Shown: positions 19,502 through 28,353 of the stretch, piece after piece
Layout: each line of letters begins with the position of its first letter
How positions within the stretch are numbered: position 1 is the first letter of the stretch
DNA from: Acidobacteriota bacterium
Lineage (GTDB): Bacteria > Acidobacteriota > UBA6911
Assembly (NCBI GenBank): GCA_963664705.1
Contig: OY761556.1
Span: forward strand, 192,001 to 256,000
Reading direction: 5' to 3'
DNA: 64,000 bases
Notes under the pieces: model-generated
What the model saw: the letters and a program-made list of their open reading frames with translations, nothing else
What the model was told of the DNA's origin: nothing
The model's database searches: none
Made by a program: the position numbers and the translations under genes

Positions 19502-20377
19502 TTAGAAGCTTTTCCAGAATGCGAGGATGAAGGTTTGCCCTCCTCCGACATTCCTTCCTTTGAGAACGCCGGTCCATCCTGCCTGAATTCGGGTACGGTG
19601 CGGAGTGGTGAACACCATCGAAATTTGAGCTTTGTGCACATTGTAATCGGATTGCGCATTGGGATTTGTGATCTCGTCCATGGGCGTGCCATTGTGCATG
19701 CTCCACGTATTGAAGATCTGTGCCATGGCCATAACATTTTTGTGGAGATCGATGCCGGCCGTCCAATCGGATCGAATCTGATCCGCCGGTGCGCCAAAAC
19801 GGGACCGGTAGGCTGCCTGAGCGTCCCAGAAGATGTGATGTTTAGCCCATGTGGAGCCATGTCCTACCATCAGCCGGGTTTCAAGATCTTCCTGGTGATT
19901 GCCGGGTGCCGGATTGCGATGTGCAGAATACGCGGGGAACATTACGGTAAACTGACCGGACAGCACCCAGGGTGATTCGGGGGCGTTGAATCGATGCCGG
20001 ACCGCAAATTCGACGTCTCCAAATCCTGAGCTCGATTGACTCCCGTAATTGTTTTGATACCGGAGGAAGGAGGTCTGAGCATTGATGGACAGCGTATTGC
20101 GTTCCGATAGTCCGTATTCAAGATATGGATTCAGGACAATCTGCCGAAACTCTCCGTCATCTCCAAACTTCTGGATTGCGCCGCCTTCATCATAGGCTTT
20201 CGATGTTTGCATGAATGAATAGGTCAGGATGATCTGGCCGTGATGGGAGTCCTGGGGCCAGGCCCCCGCGTATAATCCGGAGGGAAGCAGAAGCCCCGCA
20301 AAATAAAAAAAGGCAATTGACCAGATCCCGCCGGCGCGGTGTTTAAGGCACAATCCTATCCATTTGTCATAGCGCAT
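19502..20377 (-). CDS. Putative outer-membrane beta-barrel protein
   Basis: Signal peptide ending ..LYA-GAW, amphipathic aromatic strands (YLEYGLS, GFGDVEF.VR.R), C-terminal FWKSF with terminal Phe. Confidence 0.7.
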   Translation of the reverse strand: MRYDKWIGLCLKHRAGGIWSIAFFYFAGLLLPSGLYAGAWPQDSHHGQIILTYSFMQTSKAYDEGGAIQKFGDDGEFRQIVLNPYLEYGLSERNTLSINAQTSFLRYQNNYGSQSSSGFGDVEFAVRHRFNAPESPWVLSGQFTVMFPAYSAHRNPAPGNHQEDLETRLMVGHGSTWAKHHIFWDAQAAYRSRFGAPADQIRSDWTAGIDLHKNVMAMAQIFNTWSMHNGTPMDEITNPNAQSDYNVHKAQISMVFTTPHRTRIQAGWTGVLKGRNVGGGQTFILAFWKSF

Positions 20378-20481
20378 GCCTAGGATATCGGCAGTCCCGG
20401 CTCTAAGTTTAGGACTAAGCCTTTAGTCAACGGCCGTAATGTCAGAGTTGCAGGCACTTGTCGGGGGCTCTCCGCATCCCT

Positions 20482-20525
20482 GGAGCCTTCGAAGTTATCC
20501 CTTCGTCAGTTCCCCGAAGGCTCCA
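20482..20525 (-). terminator. Hairpin downstream of the winged-HTH gene
   Basis: TGGAGCCTTCG ... CGAAGGCTCCA, 11-bp inverted repeat. Confidence 0.5.
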
Positions 20526-20547
20526 TCGCTCGAAGAGAGCTTTCTGA

Positions 20548-20844
20548 TCAAAGACTTGCCTTCAAAGCGGTTCGATAGCGCTTGAATGCGCTGTGCCCGG
20601 CTTGCGTGAGGCTGCAGACCGTCATTGGAATTTTTCCCCGGTAAGTCTTATCGATTTTTACATATCCGCCTGTTTCCAGTTTGGAAAGGTGGCTTGAGAG
20701 ATTGCCTTTGGTCAAGCCGGTTTCAGTCATGATGTAGAGGAAGTCCGCCTCCTCCACAACTGAAAGCAAGGAGACTATGGCCAGGCGTCCTGGTTCGTGG
20801 ATCAATCGATCAAGATCGGCGAGATTTCGAATACGATCGTTCAC
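20548..20844 (-). CDS. Winged-helix transcriptional regulator (MarR/ArsR-like)
   Basis: LDRLIHEPGRLAI...ADF..I...GLTKGNLSSHLSKLE..GYV...K......T...LT..G..AF..Y; GTG start overlaps the upstream TGA. Confidence 0.88.
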   Translation of the reverse strand: MNDRIRNLADLDRLIHEPGRLAIVSLLSVVEEADFLYIMTETGLTKGNLSSHLSKLETGGYVKIDKTYRGKIPMTVCSLTQAGHSAFKRYRTALKASL

Positions 20845-21446
20845 TCTGCCTCCGGATTCTGCTGTGGTGTATTTCGGACATAGGACCGCATGGTCCACCC
20901 CCCGGCCAAAACCAGGGTAATTCCCAGGAGAAGATAGTAGACAGTCATTCCGGGATTCAGTCCAAGCTTCATTGAATAGACCAGGACGCCCCATCCACTG
21001 GACAGAACCGCATATAGTGTGAATCTTCTCACCTTTTTCAAAATGGAAGCTGCCAGGAGGGCGGCACTGATTGCCAGGCTCGCGATGAGCGGAATCAGGG
21101 ATTTTGAGGTCCGGCTGAAGGCCAGGACGGCAACGGCGGCAATGGCGCATGCGGAAGCGGCAAGCAGCGCGGCTTTCCACGGATACCTGCGCGCCTTCAT
21201 GTAACCGGAACGCGTGTAGACAAGCTTTCTTCGAACATACCGCGTGCCGAAGGTTGAGAGGAACCAGAGAATTCCACAACCGCCAAGCATGAGAGCCAGC
21301 CAATGCCAGGTGACGGTAAACCGGGTGGCCAGCCAGAAGCTGACTGAAAAGAGAATACATGCGAGTCCTAACAAAATTTCCGATGTGCCGTCCAGCAGTT
21401 GGTATTGCTGCGGCGCGTGGGCGAATTGGTCAACCGTGTCGTTCAT
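20841..21446 (-). CDS. Hypothetical membrane protein coupled to the wHTH regulator
   Basis: About six TM segments; DG..EI..G and Y.RSGY motifs; RBS AAAGGA. Confidence 0.75.
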   Translation of the reverse strand: MNDTVDQFAHAPQQYQLLDGTSEILLGLACILFSVSFWLATRFTVTWHWLALMLGGCGILWFLSTFGTRYVRRKLVYTRSGYMKARRYPWKAALLAASACAIAAVAVLAFSRTSKSLIPLIASLAISAALLAASILKKVRRFTLYAVLSSGWGVLVYSMKLGLNPGMTVYYLLLGITLVLAGGWTMRSYVRNTPQQNPEAE

Positions 21447-21461
21447 GGTTTGCGTTCCTTT

Positions 21462-21509
21462 CTGGTTTGTAACGCAAACCAGTATGCAATTAATTTATCG
21501 GGGTGTCAA
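21462..21509 (-). promoter_or_regulatory. Sigma70 promoter with overlapping palindromic operator
   Basis: Minus strand TTGACA (21509-21504)-17 nt-CATACT (21486-21481), then palindrome CTGGTTTG-N5-CAAACCAG (21462-21482). Confidence 0.7.
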
Positions 21510-21590
21510 GAAAAACAGCAAGCAGGGATTTGGGGGAAGTGTGGTCAATGAGTCCGGAAAGAGGAAAAACACCGCAGCTTGAATCCTGGG

Positions 21591-21617
21591 CCGAACCTTT
21601 TGGCTGCCGTATGCGTT
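21591..21617 (+). promoter_or_regulatory. ECF sigma promoter (autoregulatory)
   Basis: CCGAACCTTTT-N9-ATGCGTT upstream of the ECF gene; same motif and spacing at 23121. Confidence 0.75.
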
Positions 21618-21660
21618 ATTACTACAAGGACAAAAATGCGTCCTGCCGGAGATTGAGAGA

Positions 21661-22242
21661 ATGGAATTGTCCGCACTCCTGGAAAGATGCCGCAGCGGGG
21701 ATGAACTGGCCTGGGAAGCACTCGTGCGCCGGTTCCAGTCGCGCATTTACGGTGTCGCCTATCATTATGTGGGGAGTGCCGAGGACGCTCGCGATATCGC
21801 GCAGGAGGCCTTTATTCGGATTTACCAGAATCTGGCTCTTTGTGCCGAGAGCGAGAGATTTCTGCCCTGGGCTGTCAGGATCGCGAGAAATCTTTGCCTT
21901 GACCATCTTCGTAGAAAAAAGGTGCGTCCTCCGGCTCAGGACCTTCCCGCTGAGGAATTGTCCGGTCTTCATGCTCCCGGTGGTGATCCCGCGCAACTGT
22001 TTGCGGCCGACTCACGAAAGCGATTGGTGCATTGCGCGCTTCAAGGAATGACGGATCTGAATCGGGAGATGATTTTGTTGCGCGATATCCAGGGATTTGC
22101 GCTGGAAGAAATAGCCTCGATGCTCAATGTGCCGCTGGGAACGGTAAAATCACGCTCGAACCGTGCGAGGATTGAACTGGCGCAGAGACTATCTTTACAT
22201 CGCGGTGAATTGTTCGAGGGGCCGCTGGAGGTGGAGTCGTGA
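21661..22242 (+). CDS. ECF RNA polymerase sigma factor
   Basis: GD..AW..LV.R, DA.DIAQEAF.R, F.PW..RIARN.C.D..R, EEIA.ML.VPLGTVKSR..RAR. Confidence 0.93.
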   Translation: MELSALLERCRSGDELAWEALVRRFQSRIYGVAYHYVGSAEDARDIAQEAFIRIYQNLALCAESERFLPWAVRIARNLCLDHLRRKKVRPPAQDLPAEELSGLHAPGGDPAQLFAADSRKRLVHCALQGMTDLNREMILLRDIQGFALEEIASMLNVPLGTVKSRSNRARIELAQRLSLHRGELFEGPLEVES

Positions 22243-23066
22243 ACTGCACGCGCTTTGGCGACCTGCTGGCGGATTTTCTGGATCAATCACTGTCTGTTGA
22301 GGACTCCGCGGCCGCCCATGACCACCTGTCGCGGTGCCTGGAATGTCGCACGTTGCTTCAGATCGTCCGAGACGGCGTCAATATTTTACCTATGGAAGAG
22401 CCTGAGCAGTTTAGTGATCTCGTGCTTGCCCGCACGAGTGGTGCCGCATGTCCGCGCGTTGAATCTTGTCTCTGGGATTTCGTGGCGGGGGAACAGGCTT
22501 CGGACGAGATGGATCTGGTGATCATGCACCTGAGGCATTGCCCTGCCTGCAAATCCATGGCCGCGAAAATGGGACTGTTAAGGGAAACCCTGCCTGCGAT
22601 GTCGGATATCGATCCGGGGGAGTCTTTTGCAATTTCGGTGGTCGGGCATATTCGTTCCATGCGCCGCCCCCAGCCTTCCTTCAAAGCGCGCTTCCATGCC
22701 TGGTGGCAGTGTATGGTGCAACGGCCTTTGTTTTCCCTCGAAGTGGCCTACATTGCGACGCTCTTGATGTTTTTCGTCTTCAGCCCGGTGCTGCCTTTTC
22801 GCGAAATGGCGGTTCAGACAATCCCCGCCGTCTGGGCCCATGCGAAGGATCCTGCTTCCAGCCGGCTTCAATCCCTGACGTCCACCCTATCGCTCAGCCA
22901 ATCGGAGTTTACCGGCTCCTGCCGGGATATATGGAAATCAACGGAACAAAGTGTGAATTCCATGTTGAGCCGGAGTATACAAAATGCCCGGGGCTGGCAA
23001 AGGGAAGGAACCACAGATCTGAAGCTGTACTGGCAAAAGCTGAAGCGCTCGATCGAAAAAAAATAG
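22239..23066 (+). CDS. Membrane anti-sigma factor with two zf-HC2 (ZAS) domains
   Basis: HLSRCLEC and HLRHCPAC (HxxxCxxC twice), one TM helix; GTGA overlap with the sigma gene. Confidence 0.85.
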   Translation: MNCTRFGDLLADFLDQSLSVEDSAAAHDHLSRCLECRTLLQIVRDGVNILPMEEPEQFSDLVLARTSGAACPRVESCLWDFVAGEQASDEMDLVIMHLRHCPACKSMAAKMGLLRETLPAMSDIDPGESFAISVVGHIRSMRRPQPSFKARFHAWWQCMVQRPLFSLEVAYIATLLMFFVFSPVLPFREMAVQTIPAVWAHAKDPASSRLQSLTSTLSLSQSEFTGSCRDIWKSTEQSVNSMLSRSIQNARGWQREGTTDLKLYWQKLKRSIEKK

Positions 23067-23120
23067 CCCGTCTTCTTTCGATGGTAATTTTGCGAAAGCA
23101 ATTATTTATTGAGGGCAGCT

Positions 23121-23147
23121 CCGAACCTTTTTCGCGTTTCATGCGTT
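23121..23147 (+). promoter_or_regulatory. Second ECF sigma promoter
   Basis: CCGAACCTTTT-N9-ATGCGTT, matching 21591-21617. Confidence 0.75.
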
Positions 23148-23171
23148 TCACAGGGTAGGAGTGAGGCAACG

Positions 23172-23786
23172 ATGCAAATTGAGACAATGATCGAATCTGG
23201 AGGTCCCATGGAAAGCACAAACGAAATTTCGCCGGAACAATTACGGGTTCCGAAGCAGCCGTTGTATCCGACGATGGGATTACCACAACAGGAATTTTTG
23301 CGGCAGGATCCGCGATATAAATCGCCTGTTCTGGCCTGTATGATGTCTGTCGTTCCCGGCATCGGACAGATCTACGTCGGGTATTACCAGCAGGGTTTTC
23401 TCAATATCACCGTCATTGCCAGCCTGATTACTCTGCTGGCACACGATGGCGTGAGTGATAGCATAAAGCCGTTTCTCGGAATTTTTCTTGCCTTTTACTG
23501 GTTCTTCAATCTGGTAGACGCTTATCGCAAGTCCACATTTTACAACCAGGCGCTGCTGGGGCTCGGAGCCCTTGAATTGCCGGAGGGCGAAAAACTGCCG
23601 GGTTCACACGGCTCACTGGTTGGTGGCGCGGTTCTGGTCATCGTCGGGGCTATTGCCCTGTCCTACACGTTGTTCGATATTCCGATGGAGTGGCTTGGAC
23701 ACTGGTGGCCGCTGGCGCTGATATTGATGGGAGCCTATCTGCTCTTTCAGTCGATTGCGTCGCGGAACAAGACGCCGACTCGCTGA
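23172..23786 (+). CDS. Membrane protein, TM2-like N-part and LiaI/LiaF-like C-part (envelope stress target)
   Basis: KSPVLA..MS..PG.GQIYVG and G..L...G...L...WL..WWPL.LI..G; start 23172 or 23208. Confidence 0.75.
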   Translation: MQIETMIESGGPMESTNEISPEQLRVPKQPLYPTMGLPQQEFLRQDPRYKSPVLACMMSVVPGIGQIYVGYYQQGFLNITVIASLITLLAHDGVSDSIKPFLGIFLAFYWFFNLVDAYRKSTFYNQALLGLGALELPEGEKLPGSHGSLVGGAVLVIVGAIALSYTLFDIPMEWLGHWWPLALILMGAYLLFQSIASRNKTPTR

Positions 23787-23797
23787 TTCCCACATCC

Positions 23798-23834
23798 AGG
23801 GATTCGAAGTCACGGGCCTGCACTTCGAATCCCT
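23798..23834 (+). terminator. Rho-independent terminator-like hairpin
   Basis: AGGGATTCGAAGT / ACTTCGAATCCCT 13-bp stem just after the stop codon. Confidence 0.65.
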
Positions 23835-24105
23835 ATTCTCTAGCCCAATTTTCCAAATGGACATTTCCCGGGCAAGGCTTGCTATAATTACTGGAAGCAG
23901 AGATCGTCAGGAGAATCAGGCGGGCAAATCGATGTCCAGACACACCGGCGGATTTAAAAACATCAAGCTTGGAAAGAACGTTCACCGTCAGGTGAAGCGT
24001 CGCGGTGCTCCCTCTCCGCCTTCAGACAAAACCCGCAAGCCAAACGAGCAAATTCGTCCCAAGCATAGATTCTGATTACGCTGTTTCCCGAGGAATTTGT
24101 GATTC

Positions 24106-24555
24106 CTATTTGGCTGGAAGCTTGGAATTATGGTCGGCTACGCATTGCCAGCGACCGTTGATTTTAACCCAGGTGTCCGTCAGCGGATATCTGCCGCTGA
24201 TGTCCCTGCCTTTGTACGTCCCCTTCACAGTGTAAATGCCCCAAAATATGGCAGTGTCCCCGTATGCCTGAACCCTGGGTTTCTGAAAAGAAAGCGATGT
24301 CAACTTCGCTTCTCTGCTCTTGACCATTGCGATCATGGCTGCCTTATCTTTTACGATGCCATCTTCATCCGTTCCCAGGTAGGACTCTCCGAGATTATGT
24401 TCATACCAAGAGGCATCGTATTTTAGTGTAGCTTCATTCCAGGCGTTTTCCAGGGCAATGATCTGTTGAGCGACGCTCTGCCCTTGTCCGGCTTGTCCAA
24501 AGTTTGGGCACGGAACGAGAAGCATCAGAAGAATCGGCAACAGTAATCTCTTCAT
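24106..24555 (-). CDS. Exported NTF2-like (DUF4440/SnoaL) protein
   Basis: Signal peptide; LENAWNEA, V..YGDTA, TDTWVK.NGRWQCVA.H.S. Confidence 0.85.
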   Translation of the reverse strand: MKRLLLPILLMLLVPCPNFGQAGQGQSVAQQIIALENAWNEATLKYDASWYEHNLGESYLGTDEDGIVKDKAAMIAMVKSREAKLTSLSFQKPRVQAYGDTAIFWGIYTVKGTYKGRDISGRYPLTDTWVKINGRWQCVADHNSKLPAK

Positions 24556-24827
24556 GGTTTCCCCTTCCCGGCAATCAGCAAATCCGCGCGCTTCAATTGC
24601 TTTGCCACTCCAGACATATTCCTATCGCAGATGGAGTTTTGCAGTAAAGCCAATTCGACAAAAATAGTTAAAACCGGGGCATTCGGTCCCGATTTCTGTT
24701 CTCCGCAATAGTCCCGCAGAATAATATTCCTCAAATCGTAGCTTCGCCATGGGCCCAATGATACTATGTCGGAACATGTCCTTTATGGATTGTCTGAGCA
24801 TATCGGATTGGGAGGTTTGATACACGG

Positions 24828-25214
24828 ATGACGATTGCAGAGAAAATCGATGAGGCAGTTTCCGCTCATACTTACTGGTTTATACAACTGCGTGTAGCCA
24901 TCATCGAGGGGAATAGCCAATTCAAGCCTGAGATCGTCAGGACCGATAATAACTGCGATTTCGGCAAGTGGCTTTACGGAGATTTTCCCCGGGAAACGGT
25001 CGGGACTGCATTGTTTGAATCGATTAGAAATCTGCATGCTGAATTTCACGTGGAAGCGGCCCGTATCCTTGAGCTTGCCATTACGGGTAAAAAGGACGAA
25101 GCGCTGGCTTTGCTTGAGAGTGATTCCAAAATCCGAAAGTGTTCCATGGCGCTGATCGGCAAACTGTCCGAACTCAAATTGCAGTTCGTGGCATTGGCCC
25201 CAAAAGAGCTTTAA
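24828..25214 (+). CDS. Stand-alone CZB (chemoreceptor zinc-binding) domain protein
   Basis: AH..W, C.FGKWLY and H..FH give the 3His-1Cys site. Confidence 0.88.
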   Translation: MTIAEKIDEAVSAHTYWFIQLRVAIIEGNSQFKPEIVRTDNNCDFGKWLYGDFPRETVGTALFESIRNLHAEFHVEAARILELAITGKKDEALALLESDSKIRKCSMALIGKLSELKLQFVALAPKEL

Positions 25215-25277
25215 TTCTGCTGCTGATTTCACCGATTCCCTAAGAGTGTTACTGCACAATCCTCTGGAGGCAAGACT

Positions 25278-26123
25278 GTGGATCTGAAAGGAAAGGTTGC
25301 AATCGTAACAGGGGGCGGTACCGGCATAGGTACGGCTATTACACGTCGCTTTATTCATTGCGGGGCGCGGGTATGCATCGCAGGCCGCCGTCAGGAGCTT
25401 CTGGATGCGGTGGCAAGTTCTCTGCCTGCTGAGTCTATTAAGGTCTGTCCCGGGGATGTGTCCGATGAACAGGATGTTGAACGGATCCTGAAGACGGCTC
25501 TTTCCTTTGAAGGCAGCCTTCACGTGCTTGTCAACAATGCCGCGATAGATCAGGATCCTCCCGCAGCGGTTGTGGAAATGGAGGTTGCCAAATGGAGAAG
25601 GATGCTTGAAGTCAATCTTACTGGTCCGTTCCTTATGATGAAGGCCTGTATTCCACACATGATAAAGGCAGGGGGCGGCTCTGTGGTGAACATATCCTCG
25701 CTGGCGGGCTTGCGCTGCATCTCCGAAAATCCGGGTTTCTGCACTACAAAAGGAGGGCTGATCAACCTGACCCAGCAAGCGGCGCTGGATTACGGCCGCT
25801 ACAACGTGCGATGCAATGTCGTATGTCCGGGGGCGACGAAAACCGAAATGTTTACGGAAAACCTGGAGGCATTCGCAACCATGATCGGAACCAATGTGGA
25901 CGATTTCTTCGCCCGCTTCATGAAGGATGTTCCTTTGCCTCGCGTATCACGACCCGAAGAGATGGCCGGAATTTGCGCATTCCTTGCGAGCGATGATTCG
26001 TCATTTCTCACCGGAGCCGCTATCCCCGTCGATGGCGGCGCGGCTATCGTCGACGTGTCGGGAGCGGTGATTGGCGGCATCGTGCGAAGTTTGAAAGAAA
26101 AGACCGGAGGCAGCAATGAATGA
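25278..26123 (+). CDS. SDR family oxidoreductase (catalytic Tyr replaced by Phe)
   Basis: TGGGTGIG, NNAA, NISS, FCTTK at the YxxxK position, NVVCPG, PVDGG. Confidence 0.9.
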   Translation: MDLKGKVAIVTGGGTGIGTAITRRFIHCGARVCIAGRRQELLDAVASSLPAESIKVCPGDVSDEQDVERILKTALSFEGSLHVLVNNAAIDQDPPAAVVEMEVAKWRRMLEVNLTGPFLMMKACIPHMIKAGGGSVVNISSLAGLRCISENPGFCTTKGGLINLTQQAALDYGRYNVRCNVVCPGATKTEMFTENLEAFATMIGTNVDDFFARFMKDVPLPRVSRPEEMAGICAFLASDDSSFLTGAAIPVDGGAAIVDVSGAVIGGIVRSLKEKTGGSNE

Positions 26124-27564
26124 CATTCCAGGGGGAATAGATCTTGCAGTCGTGGGCTCGGGCGCGTCCGGTCTCGCCGCTGCACTCGAGGCGGCACAGA
26201 GGGGCGCGAAGGTGGCTGTTTTCGAAAAGCAGCCGACTCTCGGGGGAACCTCGAACTTCTTCGAAGGGATGTTTGCGGTTGGAAGCGGCATGCAAAAGGA
26301 GAAATACATCGCCTACTCCAGTGATCAGGCATTCAAGAACTTCATGGAATACAATCACTGGCTTGTAGAGGCGCGTCTGGTGCGTTCCCTGATCAACAGA
26401 TCTGCGGAAACAATCGACTGGCTCAGGAATCTGGGAGTGGAGTTCCTTGAGGTGACCATCAATATGCCCGATGCGCCGCGCACCTATCACGTGGTCAAAG
26501 GCAAAGGTCATGCGGTGGTTCAATCTCTGGTGCTCAAGGCGAAGGAAGCGGGGGTTTCGATCCGATCTGCGGCTCCGGTGAAGCGGATACTGAAGGGAAA
26601 GGACGGGCTGTCGGGCATCGTTGTTGAATTGGATGGAAGAGACACGGAGGTGGCCTGCAAGGCCGTCGTGATTGCAAGTGGCGGCTATGCGAATCATGCG
26701 GAGTGGATCAAGAAATATACAGGCTTCGATCTGGGCCAGACGGTAACGCCCATGGGAAATGTGGGCAAGATGGGCGATGGCATCCGCATGGCCTGGGAGA
26801 TGGGGGCTGCCGCAGAAGGGATGGGAGTTCTTCATATGATTCGGGTGGCGCCGTTCGGGCCGGAATTTCCCTTCATGAATTCCGTGGAAGGAGCCGCCAT
26901 TCAGCCGGTCCTGTGGGTGGATCCCAGAGGCGAGCGGTTCTGCGATGAGGGGATCGCCTATTATGATACTTCCCTGGGAAATGTGAATAGCCGCTACAAA
27001 CAGGGATATACCTTCTGTATCTTTGATGACTCGATCAAAAGGCATTTTGTCGAGAAGGGAGTTTTTCGTGGGATGGGAACCGTTGTGCATCCCGGCAGCC
27101 TGCTGAGCGATTTGGAGGAACAACTGGACCGTTTCCTGGCTCTGAACTCAAAAGAGTTCTTTGGCGCGGATTCCATCGAGGAGCTTGCGCGAAAGATGGA
27201 AGTGGATCCCCGGGTGCTCAAAAGCACCATCGATAGGTACAACACATTTTGTGCCCGCGGATGGGATGCCGAATTTGCGAAGAACCCGGAGTATCTCCTG
27301 CCGCTTCATGGGCCTCGATTCTATGCGGCAAAAGCACGAACCTGTTTTCTGGGGACCATGGGAGGAATCAAAATTAATCACAGGACGGAAGCGGTAGATG
27401 AGTACGGTAATCCGATTGCTGGGCTTTATGCCGCAGGGCTCGATGCGGGCGGACTGCATGCGGAGAGTTACAGTATGCGGGATACTTCCGGCATAGCATC
27501 GGCTTTTGCTGTAATCTCCGGCCGCGTGGCGGGGGAGAATGCGGCAAAATTCCTTGCCTGCTAA
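26116..27564 (+). CDS. FAD-dependent oxidoreductase (fumarate reductase/flavocytochrome c/ketosteroid dehydrogenase-like)
   Basis: GSGASG, EK....GG.S, IASGGY, GDG..MA...GA, G.RF.DE, TMGGI.IN, GLYAAG. Confidence 0.88.
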   Translation: MNDIPGGIDLAVVGSGASGLAAALEAAQRGAKVAVFEKQPTLGGTSNFFEGMFAVGSGMQKEKYIAYSSDQAFKNFMEYNHWLVEARLVRSLINRSAETIDWLRNLGVEFLEVTINMPDAPRTYHVVKGKGHAVVQSLVLKAKEAGVSIRSAAPVKRILKGKDGLSGIVVELDGRDTEVACKAVVIASGGYANHAEWIKKYTGFDLGQTVTPMGNVGKMGDGIRMAWEMGAAAEGMGVLHMIRVAPFGPEFPFMNSVEGAAIQPVLWVDPRGERFCDEGIAYYDTSLGNVNSRYKQGYTFCIFDDSIKRHFVEKGVFRGMGTVVHPGSLLSDLEEQLDRFLALNSKEFFGADSIEELARKMEVDPRVLKSTIDRYNTFCARGWDAEFAKNPEYLLPLHGPRFYAAKARTCFLGTMGGIKINHRTEAVDEYGNPIAGLYAAGLDAGGLHAESYSMRDTSGIASAFAVISGRVAGENAAKFLAC

Positions 27565-28353
27565 ATCAACCGGGAACGCCGGCTTTTCGTCGGCAAGGTC
27601 AGTGGTCGCTTCCACGACGCTGATGCCGCCGTCTCTATTATTTGCCCAGGAAGCTGGAAGCGCATTGCATCTCAGCCCCAGCGGGGCGTTCAGAAAGTAG
27701 CCGGGGGTGAGCGCTTTTTGCGAACCCCCGGATAGCATAAAAGTAGAAGGAGCCCCGGAGGAGGCGAAAGCCCGTTTCTGTCGCCCTGCCAGGGCTCTTT
27801 CCCGCGCATGTCTCTACCGGGGGTTCGCTGTGCTTCACCCCCGGCTACGATCTTTCGGCCCTCCGGGCCTGTTGCTTTACTCGCGTCGCAGGGCCCAAAG
27901 CAAATAGTAAGCAGTATTGGCGAGATGTTGGCTCGACCCGAAATGAAGTCGAGGCTCACCGGGAACGCCGGCTTTTCGTCGACAAGGTCAGTGGTCGCTT
28001 CCACGACGCTGATGCCGCCGTCTCTATTATTTGCCCAGGAAGCTGGAAGCGCGTTGCATCTCAGCCCCAGCGGGGCGTTCAGAAAGTAGCCGGGGGTGAG
28101 CGCTTTTTGCGAACCCCCGGATAGGATTAGTCATGTAACAAGCCCTGACGGGGCGGCAGAATGCTGATCTTTCGCCCCTAGCCGGGGCTCTTTCCCGTGC
28201 ATATCTCTACCGGGGGTTCGCTGTGCTTCACCCCCGGCTACGATCTTTCGGCCCTCCGGGCCCTGGACTTTGGACATTTGCGTATGTTAAGTTGTTATTT
28301 GCTATACATACATACGCAGTTGTGGCATTATCTCTGCAACGGAGGTTAATGCC

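Noticed and set aside
19497-19766. Extended N-termini from the ORF track (GT2 to 19766; also wHTH to 21360, rph to 42813, alpha subunit to 37351)
   Set aside because: They overlap neighbouring real genes; downstream starts fit domain boundaries and translational coupling.
20482-20525. Hammerhead ribozyme (minus strand CTGACGA...GAA)
   Set aside because: The core reads GAAG rather than GAAA and stems I/III with a cleavage triplet cannot be built; a plain hairpin explains it.
27638-28089. Small ORFs within the tandem repeats (also 30038-30660)
   Set aside because: They are translations of REP palindromes whose frames are not preserved between copies.
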